A stretch of DNA of 64,000 bases from Microbotryum violaceum (lineage: Eukaryota): NCBI GenBank assembly GCA_001244265.2, contig CDLV01000006.1:310001-374000 (forward strand), in the 5' to 3' direction. The translations under genes were made by a program, and so were the position numbers. This document shows, piece by piece, positions 51,801-64,000 of this stretch. The notes beneath the pieces are model-generated. The model made no database searches. It was not told where the DNA came from and saw nothing but the letters and a program-made list of their open reading frames with translations. How positions within the stretch are numbered: position 1 is the stretch's first letter; the number at the start of each line of letters is the position of its first letter.

Positions 51801-52337
51801 GCTCATCATGAGGGGGGGTGTGATGTTGAGTGGAGGAGAGAGAGGATGCGTGAGGCGCGGCCGGGCTTAAGTGACCTGGATCTATGCAGCCTTCGACGCG
51901 GACCGGACTACGACTGCGTGCGCCGACCTGCGTCTCGTTCGGAATCAGTCAGTTGATTCAAGCTGCTGTAGCGAGATGGTCAAGTGTTCCTAGACTTCAA
52001 GCTTCGATGAAGCCTCATCAATAATGCTGAATTAAAGACGTATCCCTCCAGTTTTCAGATAGCACCAATATATGCCATGCTACAGCAAGGGGGCACTTTT
52101 CAGGGCCAAAATTTCGGAGGGCAACTGGGCCAAGCGCGCCGATAACTCACAAGCCCCAGAGGGAGGGGCGTCGAGCTTACCTGTGTGCTAGGGCTCTTGT
52201 GGGCTCCTGCCTGCTTCTGCCAGCTCCGGCCTGCTGCCTCCTGTCTCCTGCTGCAGGCTCCAGCGATCCAGCGCTTGGCTTGATTGGCTGGCTATTAATC
52301 CAATGCTGATCCAGGCGCGGGGGAGCTCGGCGGGAGT

Positions 52338-52397
52338 CGCATTCGTTCCGCGCCGGCGCATTCGTTCCGGCGCATTCGTTCCGGCGCATTCGTTCCG
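52338..52397. repeat. About 4 copies of GCGCATTCGTTCCG upstream of DDB1
   Basis: Direct reading of the sequence. Confidence 0.9.
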
Positions 52398-52706
52398 GAA
52401 TCGCATCATTAGCTCGGTGCCACCAGCGGAGGAAAAAGGCACTCGAGTCTGTTTTGAAGACAACGGACATGTAGGGTCTGCTTCCAAATAAGAGACTCTG
52501 ACAGAAATAAAACCCTACGGAAATGATCAGGGACACCGATCCAAACATATTCGCCGCAGCAGATTCTGACCTTTCTGGTGGTTGAGTCCGGCGTGGTAGG
52601 GAAAGTTTGTGGTGAGCCGAGCTAGCGGAGGCTGAGCGCTGCCAGCTGAGCCCCACTTGGGCCGTGCTCCGCCTGTGCAGTCTGACTCGGTGAGACGAGG
52701 CGGACC

Positions 52707-55700
52707 ATGTTGTACGTCGCATCGATCCAGCGAGCGACGGCGCAACTCGATGCGATCAAAGCAGACTGGATCCAGACCAATGTCGATTGTCTGCTAGTCA
52801 GGTCAGTTCCTCCTCTCCACGTGGTCGTACGGCGCGGTCGATCGGGTGCTGACGATCGACCGGCTGCACCGCGCGCTGACACCCTGCATCGACACCACCC
52901 CTCTGCCACAGCAAACTGAACCGAATACAAGTCACCAAAATTGACTTGGATGGCACCGACTCGGACGGGGTGCTGCATTCGTCGTTCGACGTGCAGTTGG
53001 ACGCGACGATTGCTGCGATCGCCACCGTCAAACTCGCCGTACGTCGCACCATCGTCGCCGTTGAGGCCGATGTGCAAAGTGCAGAGCGATCATTGCTGAC
53101 GAGCAGAGCCTTTGTCTCCTCCCGTATCTTTCCGGGGCCATACTGGACCCCTTTGCGCTTTCACCACGCGTGGCCTTCCTCCCCACCCCGCACTTTTTTT
53201 TTGGCATCGCCAGATTGACAAACCGTCAAGTTTGATCGTCCTGACTACCTCGCATCAGCTCTTCACTCTTGAATACGCTTCCAAGACACCTCAGCACCCC
53301 GTCACAACCTCATCTGTTTCAATCCAAGAGCGTTTCGCCACTCGCGCCGAGCTTCAACGAATCGTCGTTGACCCCGATCGTCGTCTTATCCTCGTGCATG
53401 CCTACAATGGACAACTGCGCGTGATTCCGCTCATGTCAGCGGGGGGAAAGTCGACCAGTGGGACCACCAAGAACCGAAGGTTCAGCAAGGTCGACTTCCC
53501 GGACGCGCCGCTTACAGCCGACTTGGCCCTCGATCTCTCGCGAAGCTATAATCTGCGACTCGATGCGTTGAATGTTCGCTCGATCGTCATGCTCCCAAGT
53601 GCGATAAACAGCATCTCATCACCTACTATCGTGGTGTTGCATTCTGATGCGCACGGCCAGCAGACCGTCGCGTTGTTTCAAGTCGATCTCGAGGAGAAAG
53701 AACTTGAACCGGGCCCCGAGACGGAAGTGGAGGATGCAGGTGCCGAGACGCTTATCCCGCACGGCCACCAAGGCGTACTCGTAGTAGGCGAACAAAGTAT
53801 CGAGTGGGTTTCTCAGATGCCGTTTGATGTACGAGGCAAGGGGAAAGCCAAGGAAGTGGGTAGCAGCCCCAAACGAATTACCAAATGTGCACTGCCTGTC
53901 GGCAATGTCAAAGCGTGAGTCCGACAAACGATGTCTCGGTGGTGCGTGCTTACCCACCACTATTCTTGGCTTCTTGCAAACAGTTGGACTTTGCTTCCTG
54001 GTCAGAAAGGCCAATACCTGCTCGGTGACATATATGGCAAGCTGCTGCGACTCGATGTTCGTGGCGATTCTGCTGGTCGAGTGCAGTCCTTGCTTACGCG
54101 CGACCTCGGAGATGTAAGTGTCTAGTGTGCTCTGAACCACATTATTCCTGTTACTGAGCCAGATGTCCACTTTCCAAAAGGCCTCCTCGCCGACCGCCCT
54201 CGTCTGCCTCGCCGATGAGGTCATATACCTCGCTTCACGCTTCGGAGATTCCCAGCTGATCCGCTTGCTGCCTTCAAGTCCGAATAACGAGCTGGAGCTC
54301 GTCGCAAGCTACCCGAGTCTGGCGCCTATCACGGATAGCTGTGTCGTGCGTGGTCAAAGCGGCGCATCGAGTCATCTCGTTACCTGTTCAGGAGCATACA
54401 AAGGAGGAAGCTTGAGAGTTGTTCGTCAAGGCGCCGGTGTAAGTGATGCGTGCGGTGAAGTCAAGGTGTCCTGTCATGAAATCACAAAGCAGTCCCTGAT
54501 CTTTCTGATGGTCATCTACATACTCAACTCGTGCAGCTGGTGGAAATGGCAGATCTTGCGCTCGAGAATGTGCAACGCATGTGGGCAGTCAAAAATGATG
54601 CCGGGTTAGTCTTCGATCGAGGTCATTCAGCAGAGTGAGACGACAACTCAGACTGATGCCGTCATATGGTCGATACTGTTTCAAGTGCCTATGGTGGGCT
54701 GCTGGTGATGTCGTTCTTTGACGAGACGCAGATTTTAGACCCCGACCAATCGAGGACCGGTGATGGGGACGAAGGTATCTCCGAGGTTCAAATCCCTGGC
54801 ATACGCTCGGACGTACAGACATTGCTTGCCCATACGTCGGGCAACCATCTCGTTCAGGTCACAGCATCTGAAGTTGTTTCTGTTTCGGCAGAGGTCACAT
54901 CTACGGCTCCTACGAAAGCCGAGTGGCGACCTGCACATGGACTGCAGATCACCCTCGCCGAAGCCGATGGCAACTATGTTTTGCTTGCTCTACAAGGGGG
55001 CGAGATCGAGCTTTTGGATGTATGCGAAGGACAGGTTTCGCATGTGGCATCCCTCAAGCTTGCGAGCGATGTTGCCGCCATCTCGCTCGCTCGACTTGGT
55101 ACTCGATCGGTGGCTGTCGTTGCGTTGTGGTCGTCCAACCTAGTCCAATTGATTGATCTGCCGACCATGGGGGAAATGTCCTCCCACATGATGGCTGGCG
55201 GCTATCTCGTGCGATCCCTCTTGCTCGCAACTTTCGCCGACAGTGTGGCACACCTTTTCGTTGGTCTTGGAGACGGTAGCCTTGTCAGCTTCATCATCAA
55301 CTCCACCGATGCCACTTTTGAAGTCGAATCTCAAAAGTCCGCCCGACTCGGGACCAAGCCAGTGACGATGACTCAAATAATCGGCGATGATGCTGCCACC
55401 ACTAGCGTTCTTGTGTCAAGTGACCGTGTAACAGCTATCTCCAGGCAAAGTGATCGTCTCAGCTACTCGAGTGTTAACCTCAAGGTGAGTTCAGTTGTGT
55501 CACCGAGCTGGGCTACCAGCTGTGATGCTCACCCACTTTCCCTTCGTCGTGGCCGCTCTCTCAGGGCATCACTGCCATGGTACAGCTACACTCGTCGCTA
55601 TATCCTGGCGCGATTGCTTTCGCAAGCCCTTCTGAAGTGCGCCTCGGACGAATCGAGTCGGTCCAGCATGTCGACATCCGTCCGATCTCGCTTGAAGAGG

Positions 55701-57210
55701 ATGAGCCCCGCAAGATTGTGCACAGCGTGCGAGCGCGCTCGTTCGGCGTCGCTTGCTTGCGGAGAGACGTCGATCGAGTTACAGGGCGCCAAAAATCTTC
55801 CTCGAGCTTCAAGGTGCTCCATGACGAGACTTTCGAAGGTAGACACTTTGCCTGAGCGCATTCGGGTATAAACCGACTTGCTGATGCTCTCAGTGCGATT
55901 CTTCCTTTCTTTCTGTCTCATGCAGTGCTTGCCTCAATATCTCTACACCCCGACGAGGAAGCACAAAGTCTCGCCGTCCTTGATGATGGCGAAAATGATC
56001 GGACGTGCTTCATTCTCGGAACGGCTTTGATCCGTGCCGCAGAGACAGAGCCGAGCTCGGGCCGTGTCCTGTTGATCTCGCGGGACGCTGCGACCGACTC
56101 GGGCTACTCGATCGCTGCGGAGGTGTCCGTCTCTGGGTCGACGTACTCGCTCGCTGCTATGGACTCCCTCACCTTTGTAGCGGCGATCAACTCCTCTGTC
56201 AGTTTGCCTCAGTTCGCTGCTCACCCGGGAAAGCGCCTGATTTGCTCGCCTTCTCAACTTGCGCACAATTACAATTAGGTCACTGTATACGGTGTCGGTC
56301 AAGATTGGCAAGCCATCCAGCCCATAGCGACGTGGGGTGGTGCCTTCGTGGCGTTCTCCCTCGTCTCCCTCGCCAAAGACCAAATCCTGGTTGGCGACGC
56401 TCTTCGATCTCTTACTCTGCTTCAGCTCGAAAGGAATTCGCAGAACGGTTCCGCTGGGTCTTCCCGACTCGTCGAAGTTGCTCGAGACTATTCGCCACAT
56501 TACGTAACGGCTTTCGCCCCGGTGTCGCCTACTTCGAAAGAATTTGTTGGCGCAGAAAGCGATCTCAATCTGTTCACGGTCGCAAAGGATCAAACGCACA
56601 ACTCTCGAACCAGTCAAGCCGAGATCGAGTTGGTCGACCAGGGGAGATTCCACCTAGGTGAACTGGTGACGAGTTTCAACTCTGGTGAGTGGCAAATCGG
56701 GCACATGTGCACTATATTCCTCGTACACTCGGGGCTGACCAAAACGCTTTTTTAGGCGCGCTGGTCCACCAATTCGACGAGGCCCTCGCCGGCGTGGCTA
56801 CACCTCGCCTTGTATTTACGACCTCGGCCGGCTCGGTCGGCGCGATCCTGGACATCGGTACCGAGACATCGAAAGTCCTTTCGGAGCTGGAGCGCAACAT
56901 GCGACGCGTCATGGACAGCGTAGGCGAACTGCGCCAAGAAGAGTCAGTGCATTCCTTGATGCCAGAGTCAACGCGAGCCGCTTCAGCTGACGTTTCACTT
57001 TTGGAACCCCGAAGCTGGCGCGCATTCCGATCCGAACGTCAGGTCGCCACTTCGGCCGGCTTCATTGACGGTGACTTTATCGAGCGTTTCCTCACGGTCT
57101 CCACAAGCCAAGTGGAGCGGATCATGGCCGGTGGGAATGAGCACGAGCGAATCACGATGACCAGCGACGAGCTGATGAGGATCGTAGAAGGCATGTCGAG
57201 GCTGCATTGA
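52707..57210 (+). CDS. DDB1: DNA damage-binding protein 1 (CUL4 adaptor), multi-exon
   Basis: MLYVASIQRAT start; YLLGDIYGKL, YLASRFGDSQL, LVTCSGAYKGGSLRVVR, ILVGDALRS, VARDY, FHLGELV and FIDGDFIERFL. C-terminus VEGMSRLH*. Confidence 0.92.
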
Positions 57211-57420
57211 ACTTATCGATAGGTTGTTTCTCTGTACGCCCGCATAGGTACTCTCGGAAAGCCGGAAAAGAGAGCATATGCGGTGACCGCAAAGGAGAAT
57301 AGATAAGTAGTGCAACAACAGAGCTATGACATGAAAGTCCAAAATACTACACAGGCAGGGTGAAACGTGAATCCTAGGTATGGTATGGGGTGGGGGGCAT
57401 CAACTGCGCAGCATAAATCA

Positions 57421-60400
57421 TCATTTCCAATTGAACGAATCAGAACCCTTGCTCAGGTTGTTGCCGGATATGGCTGAAGAGGCGGAAGATTGAACATTCC
57501 GGGGTTCGACGAGAAGGGATTGTCGGTCTGTGTACACCAAAAGCGCTGAAATTCAGCCAGTGATTACTTGGTGGCAGGTCCGAGGGGAGCACAAACTCAC
57601 ACAGACTGGCGGCGTCGCCACCGTGAGTGAGGTCATTCAGTGCCCGGGTAAGCAGTGTCTGCAGCTCGGGCACCATGAAAAAATTGTAGGGGACTTGGAA
57701 CCGCTGCAGGTCGCCCACAATTCGGCTCATTTTCTGTGGAAGCAAGCTCAATGCATCAGCCATCAGCTCGGGCGAAAGTGCGGTCGACCTGGAATCGGAT
57801 TCACTTGAAAGCGGTCAAAATTGATCAAGCGAAGCGATGGGTCCACAGGGGAAGGTCGGAAAGGTGGATTTCCTTCGGAGCACATAGTGATGTCGGTCCT
57901 GAGAGCGTCAAAAAAGCTGTACTCGTAAGCGAAGTGATGAAGGAACCGCTGGCCCGAGTTCACGTACAAGAACAGTCCCACGAATGGCAGGCAAGGAGGT
58001 ACAGCCTGTCGGACGGTAGCACGATACTCTGCATAGTTCCTTGCGTGGTCCGTTGCCTTCCGCAATTGGTCGAGCAGGACGCGATACTTGGGGGCGAGCG
58101 CATCCCAGGTGCGCCGGAGACGTGCTACGGTCGATGAATTAAGCGCGCACAAGACCGCAAAAAGAGTGTTGTAGTTCTTGATTTGAAAACATCTCTGGGG
58201 AAACGACAACTTGGCTATCAATGGCTGCTTCATTTGCGCTTTCGCTGCATTGACCGAAGTATGTTATCAAAACTCACATCTGCCACCTTTACGAAATATT
58301 TGAGCAATGTGGTACGTTTCTTGGATTCGCTTTCGTTGACAATCGTTTCCGTGATCCATCCCGTCAATTTGGTGCTCATCGTCGACATTTGTCGAATAAA
58401 GCCGTCGGGCTTGGCGAAGTCGCCACTCAAGAGCTCCTCTACTCCAATGCAGGAGTAAACCCGCGACTCGAGGATGGTTATCTGCCTCGTCAACTCCAGC
58501 GGATCGACATCAACGATCGAAAAAGTTTGCGCGTTCACAGCCATAAACTTGATAGAGTTCAATAGCGACTTATTCACGATGGGCGAAGGGGCGCCCGCGA
58601 GCGCTTGTTGAGGCAAGGGCCCAACTCCTCCGGGTGTGCTCGAACGCACAACATCCGTCCCTCGCTCCCGTTTGTTGAGCAGCTCCATCAGCCGGGCCGA
58701 CGGGTTGGACATGGCTTTGGCTAAGCGCGTCTGACAGAAGAGTCGCAACGGCTCCAAGACAATGAGATCTTGGTCGACTTTCCAGTACGACTCGACCCAC
58801 GTCTTCAGGAAATTATAGACACGCAGCCGAACAGGAATGAGCTTCTTCGAGTTCCACAACTTGAGCTGGGTCTCGTCGAGACCCTGCGGGGCGGCGATGT
58901 CGAACCGCGCGAACAAGGCTTGAACAAGCTGAGGTGGCGAAGTAAACATACGGAAGGTGAGGAAGAACGTGTTTGAAAACAGCGGATCAATAGTTGTGTC
59001 ATGCAAGGTCATTCGCTCGACAAGGCAGCGCAAGGTACCGCCTGTGACGCGACCATCGGCGTTAAAAGAGATTTCGCGCGCCTCGTAGTTTCGCTCGAGG
59101 AACCATAGGGTTGTCGACTGGTCCGAGCTCGACTTTCCCGAGGAGCTATGGACGGAAATCCGGCTGCTACCGCCCAAGCCCAGCGACATTGGCGCGAAGG
59201 ATTCGATTGAGGCTCCAGCCTTGGCCAAGGTGGAAGAGGGTTCAGTGTGTGCGGTGCTAGTCGAGGATCGAGGTGAGCTGTCGTTTGTCGAGACGGTGGA
59301 GACTCCGGACCTCGAAGACGCGCATGACTGGGAAGTGCGACTCGAGTCGCCGCGAACCATGGGCGGACTCCCTGCCCCCATTCCAGCGGCTGCCAAGTAG
59401 GTTTCACCGGCTTGTTGTGGACCCCGGCGGCCTACAAGATCCTTTGAGGTGACAGTCTCATCACCCGAAGAAGCACTTTCCTTCCTTGCCCGCCCCTGAG
59501 CAATACCACCAACCGTGAGCCCCGAAAAATGGGCTTCTACGTGCTCGCCATCACGCCCATATGCCACAGTCTCATCCTCTTCTTCCACCGAGAATCTCTC
59601 CAAAGTTCCGGTCACAGTTTGTGAATCGTATTGCCCCGTCAAGCAGCTCAAACTTGTAGCCTTTCGTCCCAGCATGCTGAGCGTGTGCGGCCCTCTACGA
59701 CCAACAAATTCCGGCCGTCGGGTTGCTCCGTCATCTGGGCCTGTGGGCGGAGTCAGAGTGGTGGGGCTGGAAAGAGCGGTCGGCGAGGTCGGCGGTGGAT
59801 TTCCGATTAGGAGAGTGAAGTTTGGCTCTCCGGCGTATCCAACGCAAAGTCTGACCGCGCTTACGGTGTCACCTCCCGCGCGCAGCACGGCCGTGGCGGC
59901 TTGCAACAAGTCTTTTCGCTCCTCGTCCTCTCGGGATATCGCCAAAATCTTCGCGGATGTGGCTTTGGCGGGAACCGAAGAGGCGACTCGAGCAGCAGTA
60001 ACCAATGCGGTCGTGGCAACATAGAGCCGATCTCGACATGCGGCCAAATTGTCAACTTCGGCTTTCAGCCCATTCGATGAAGCGGAGGACTCGTCCGATT
60101 TGACGGTCAAGAGAGTCGGGTGCTGGGTGACAGCTTCGACGATGAGCAAGATGGATCGGATGTGCTCAATGATCTCGCGGGTCATGTCGATCAGGCGAGC
60201 GAAGCTAGCGGCAGGTGCAGATCGACTGTGCGCATGGACGTGCCCAATGAGCGCGGCGATTGTCGAGAGGAGTATATCGTGGATCTTGGATAAGATGGAT
60301 GCCAGCTCGTTGCCGTTGTGGACTACTTGGACCGTCGAGCTGGGTGATTGTACGTCCGAATCTGTCGGACTCGTTTCGATGTTCAAGAATGACTGTCCTG

Positions 60401-61795
60401 TGGATGGAAAGTCCTTGATGGGCGAGAGTTGTAAGGGAGTCGGCGGTTGCACCGCTCTGTGTGCCTTCAGATCTCCATTGCTTCTCGCGATACGCAGTGT
60501 CGACAGCGGCGCCGACTTGGCCACCCTCATCGGATGGGCTTCGAGGAGGTTCGAAGCGCTTAGGGGTGGCGTAATCATATGCGGGGAGCCTCTACGATCG
60601 TCGACCAGGCGTTCGGTAGGAATCAGGGGCAACCCCTGCACTCTCGCCTCATCGAGGAAGTTGTCGACCTGCTTGGCGACCTGCCGAGCCACGTCGAGCA
60701 TGACCTGCGCGTCAAGGGACGACTGTTCGATCGTTGTAGAGGGCGACGAGGCCCTGCGAGCTTGGTTGACAAGACTGGCCAAGGAGGCCAGGATCTTCTT
60801 GCGGCATGTAGCGAGGGCCGACGAGCATTTCAAGAAAGGCGACTCGCGCGTGAGGCAATCGGACGAGGCAAGCACTGTGCGCACAGATGAAATCACACTG
60901 GGAGTGACATGCATACATATCATACGTGTCAGAAAAGTCTGAGGGACGAGACACTCAAAACACCTGACTCAAGGCCAGCTCACCATGCTGTCGTCGGTTG
61001 GTAGTGAGGCACTCTCTGAGCGTTGACAGCAGCTTGCACCAGGGTGACCGCATTCTGCACTTCTGCGACGAGCGTTTGAGATTCGCGTTCAAATGCGGTC
61101 GCGCGTTGTTCCAGTTTCGGAGAGGTGCATGTTGTAAAACCTGCTATCGGTTCGGTTGTCGCGACCGTATCGAGCGTGCTCCCCCGCTCAGGGAACGCGG
61201 TCGTCGCAGAGCCGCGGGGCCCGAGATCTTCGCGGGAGCCGAGACCTTCGCGGGAGCCGGAGTTCCGGTGGCCGAATGCTACCGAGGAGTGAGAGCGTGA
61301 CCCATAGGCGACAGACTGTTCTCCCTTTGGTGGAAGTTTGGGCGTGCTCTGTAGGAGACAACAAAGGTAAGCACATTGTTTTGCGCACTTGGCGACGTGC
61401 GCTGTCGGTGTCGCTCCAAGTTCGAGCCCATATCCACACGAGGTCACAGCGCGCACGGCGATGGCTGGTGATGGCTGGGCAAGGATCGAGAGACTCACGC
61501 GCCGGTCGACAGTGGCAGGCGATGCGACTGCCGTGGACGAAATCGTATTGGGAGCGATTTGAACCTGAACATAGTTGCTTGGGAACCAGCCGCGTGTGCC
61601 TCTGAGCTCGCCGTCCCACCAACCGGACTGGTCCTTGCCGAAGATGCGGATCACCTCGCCCTTGGAGAACGCGAGACAAGTCGACGGCTGTTGTGGCGAG
61701 AAGTCGTGCAGCGCACGGCAGTATTCAGCAGGGCTGCTTGAGGCAACCGTCGAGGGTGAACCTGCCCGTGCAGTTGCCTGCTCCATCGCGGACAT
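57421..61795 (-). CDS. CDC25-type Ras guanine nucleotide exchange factor (SH3, REM, RasGEF)
   Basis: SH3 CRALHDF..SGWWDG..RGWFPSNYV; REM GGTLRCLVERMT..FFLTFRMF; GEF ELTRQITILE, NYNTLFAV..ALNSSTVARL, PCLPFVGLFL and LINFDRF. Ends ...FNWK*. Confidence 0.93.
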
Positions 61796-64000
61796 CCCGA
61801 CTAGCAGTTGCAGCGAGTGCAGGGCTGGCTTTCACTTCGGACACCCGGGGACGGGAGACAGACGCAACAAGCCGTCGCGTCCGGCGTGCGCGGGCAGAGG
61901 CGGCCGGGGCCTGCCGGGGCAGGCGCATGAGGGCGCGGGCGCAAGCTGTTAGGCCTGCCTCGCGGCCCCAAGCGACCGTCCGCTAATGAACTCGGCCAAC
62001 GCGCCGATCGGATACTACGCGCGGCGCGGTCATGAGCAACTGTTAAAATCAGGCTTCTCATTTTGTTCCCTGATCGGGTGCCCCTTGGCCTAGCCAGTGT
62101 GCTTTAATGCATCTCCTCCGACATTTCCAGTGACTCATAGGCCCTAATACAATTAGACTGTTATTGAAATTTATCAGATAAAAGAAACCGAAAAAACCTG
62201 CTGTGGCTGGCGCCGAGGGCCGCTTACCTCGCCAGGTAGACTCGTCAAAACAGAGTCGAACCCTGGGCCACTTATCAACTGTGGGCCTCCTGTGCAAATC
62301 TGTGGCGGACAGCTACCTTGTCCTTCACCACAGGTTCCACAGGTTATCTGTCAGGTCAAGCTGAGGCTTGCAAAGTGCACTGAGCGGTTTGCGAATCGAA
62401 ACAGGGGTGCAGACCGAGCACGAGAATCGCCAACTGCATGAGTCTATCAAGCACATCCGTCCCACGACTTTGTCCAGTAGTGGTGGATATGAAGAGGTCA
62501 ATTTGCCTCCAGTTTGAAGACATCCTCGCCCTTCTTGCGCAATAGTTCGACCAGTTCCCGGTTGTCTGAAAACATGACTTTGTGGATATCACCTTCCAGT
62601 CGATACCAAGCCTAGCCCAGAGTACTATGAACTCGAATTTCAAATCCGTGGTGCATGCGCATCTTGATATGTACACTCAAAAAAAATCACGAAAAGGGTT
62701 CACGAGGGAGGCTCAATGTAGGAGTTGGATCTGGCTAGGCTAAACAAGGAGCAGTCGCCTGCCACTTAGCACCGCCAGCGTAAGAGTTCCGATGTGAAAC
62801 CAATTCAAAAGCAACAGAAAAGAAAAGGGGACCTTGTCGACCGAGGTGGAGATGGCTTGAAGACCGTGTGCAACTAGAGGTTAATGCGTACACTAGAAGT
62901 AAGCTACCTGGTACCATAGGATTAGGGTACATGCTACATGCTACTCACTGATGTTAGGGGTAACGTGAGGTCTTCGATCCGAGCAGGTGAGATCGGTCGA
63001 CTCGGTGACGCAGTGGAGGCTACTGTGTGGAGAGTGTAGGCGAGGATCGAATCGTCAGCCCCGTCTCGCCCGTCGTCAAGGGCCGGCGAGCAAGATCGAT
63101 CCATCGATCAATCAAGGGTCAAAGCAAAGACTCACGGGGTACGATCAAATGCAAGCGGTCTTGTGGACCAGGAACAACCTCAGTGACATGCCGTAGGCGC
63201 CATTCAACACTCGTCGACGAGTGGATAGGCTGATGGCAAGCCGTGACGCAGCGAGAGACGGCAAGGTCGGAGGCAGTGGCGAGGTGGGAAGCGAGAGATC
63301 GCAGTGAGAGGGGAGAGGGGAGAGGGGAGAGGTGGTGTGGGGTAAGATGATGGAGGTGGGATGGTGAGAGATGGACGCGAGACGGGTAAACACGAAACGA
63401 GTCTGTCCGACCCTACGCCACACGAACACGATCACAGCTAGGTGGTTACTCACACTTTTAACGGTGGGAGGGATCGAACGACAGACTCTACCACATCACA
63501 AAGGCCACCGTTTCGTATCCTCCTGAAAAGGGGGGCGATGTCGGCAAGATTAAGTGGTGCGAGAAGTGCAGAGCGCGTCGACGAGGAGAAGGAAGGAGAA
63601 AGAGAGAGGCGACGAGCTCGAGGTGGTTGCTGACTTGGGTGCGGGGTGTGCGCTTGGCAGAATGAGTCATCTCATCGATATGACGCCACGCTGTGACTTC
63701 AAGCTTTCGATTTTCTCCACCTCTGCCGAGCGCGGCCGAGAGCGGCCGAGAGCGCCGAAGATCTTAACGGACAGGGGACCGTGCGCCCCACATCGAGGCC
63801 AACGATCCACCCCTCGGAAAGTCGGAGTTGTCTCAGCCGATCCAATGAAATTATAGTTGGACCGGACAAATGTCGCTTCCACGATGGCAGCTCCGAGGAG
63901 TACCCATTCGGCACCTACCAGGTACCTACCTGATACCTAGTGCTTGAATCAAGGGCCTAGACACTTGCGTAACTAGGGCCTACCTACCGGTAGCAAAGAA

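Larger units (their letters stand above)
49541..52181. mobile_element. 2.6-kb TIR element with convergent DUF6589-like (+) and RecQ helicase (-) fragments
   Basis: ~75-bp imperfect TIRs 49541-49619 and 52109-52181 (GGTAAGCTCGAC..GAGTTATCGGCGCGCTT.GCCCAGTTGCCCTCCGAAATTT). Confidence 0.8.

Noticed and set aside
60049-60942. 297-aa plus-strand ORF
   Set aside because: Antisense to the long RasGEF exon.
62000-64000. Short ORFs and AT-richer patches at the window end
   Set aside because: No recognisable domain, terminal repeat or RNA structure.

Overview
Intron-rich fungal nuclear DNA. GT-AG introns, gene content and TE types suggest a basidiomycete, possibly Microbotryomycetes (inference). Apparently intact host genes: two fucosyltransferase-fold glycosyltransferases, a cytochrome P450, mitochondrial porin (VDAC), DDB1 and an SH3-containing CDC25-type RasGEF. 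Four secreted or surface-protein genes carry disabling lesions: a type-B carboxylesterase, a class-3 lipase-like GPI protein, a small GPI-like gene and a Cys-rich protein. Roughly 40% of the window is nested, decayed mobile DNA. This includes a TIR family whose longest copy carries a Ulp1/C48 protease and sits beside a Kyakuja-Dileera-Zisupton (KDZ) transposase, two Helitrons with recognisable 3' ends, an internally deleted Ty1/Copia, two MITEs and a mitochondrial nad4L insert. There is also a TIR element holding convergent fragments of a RecQ helicase and a DUF6589-like protein. All calls come from reading motifs by eye; exon boundaries and TE ends are approximate unless stated.
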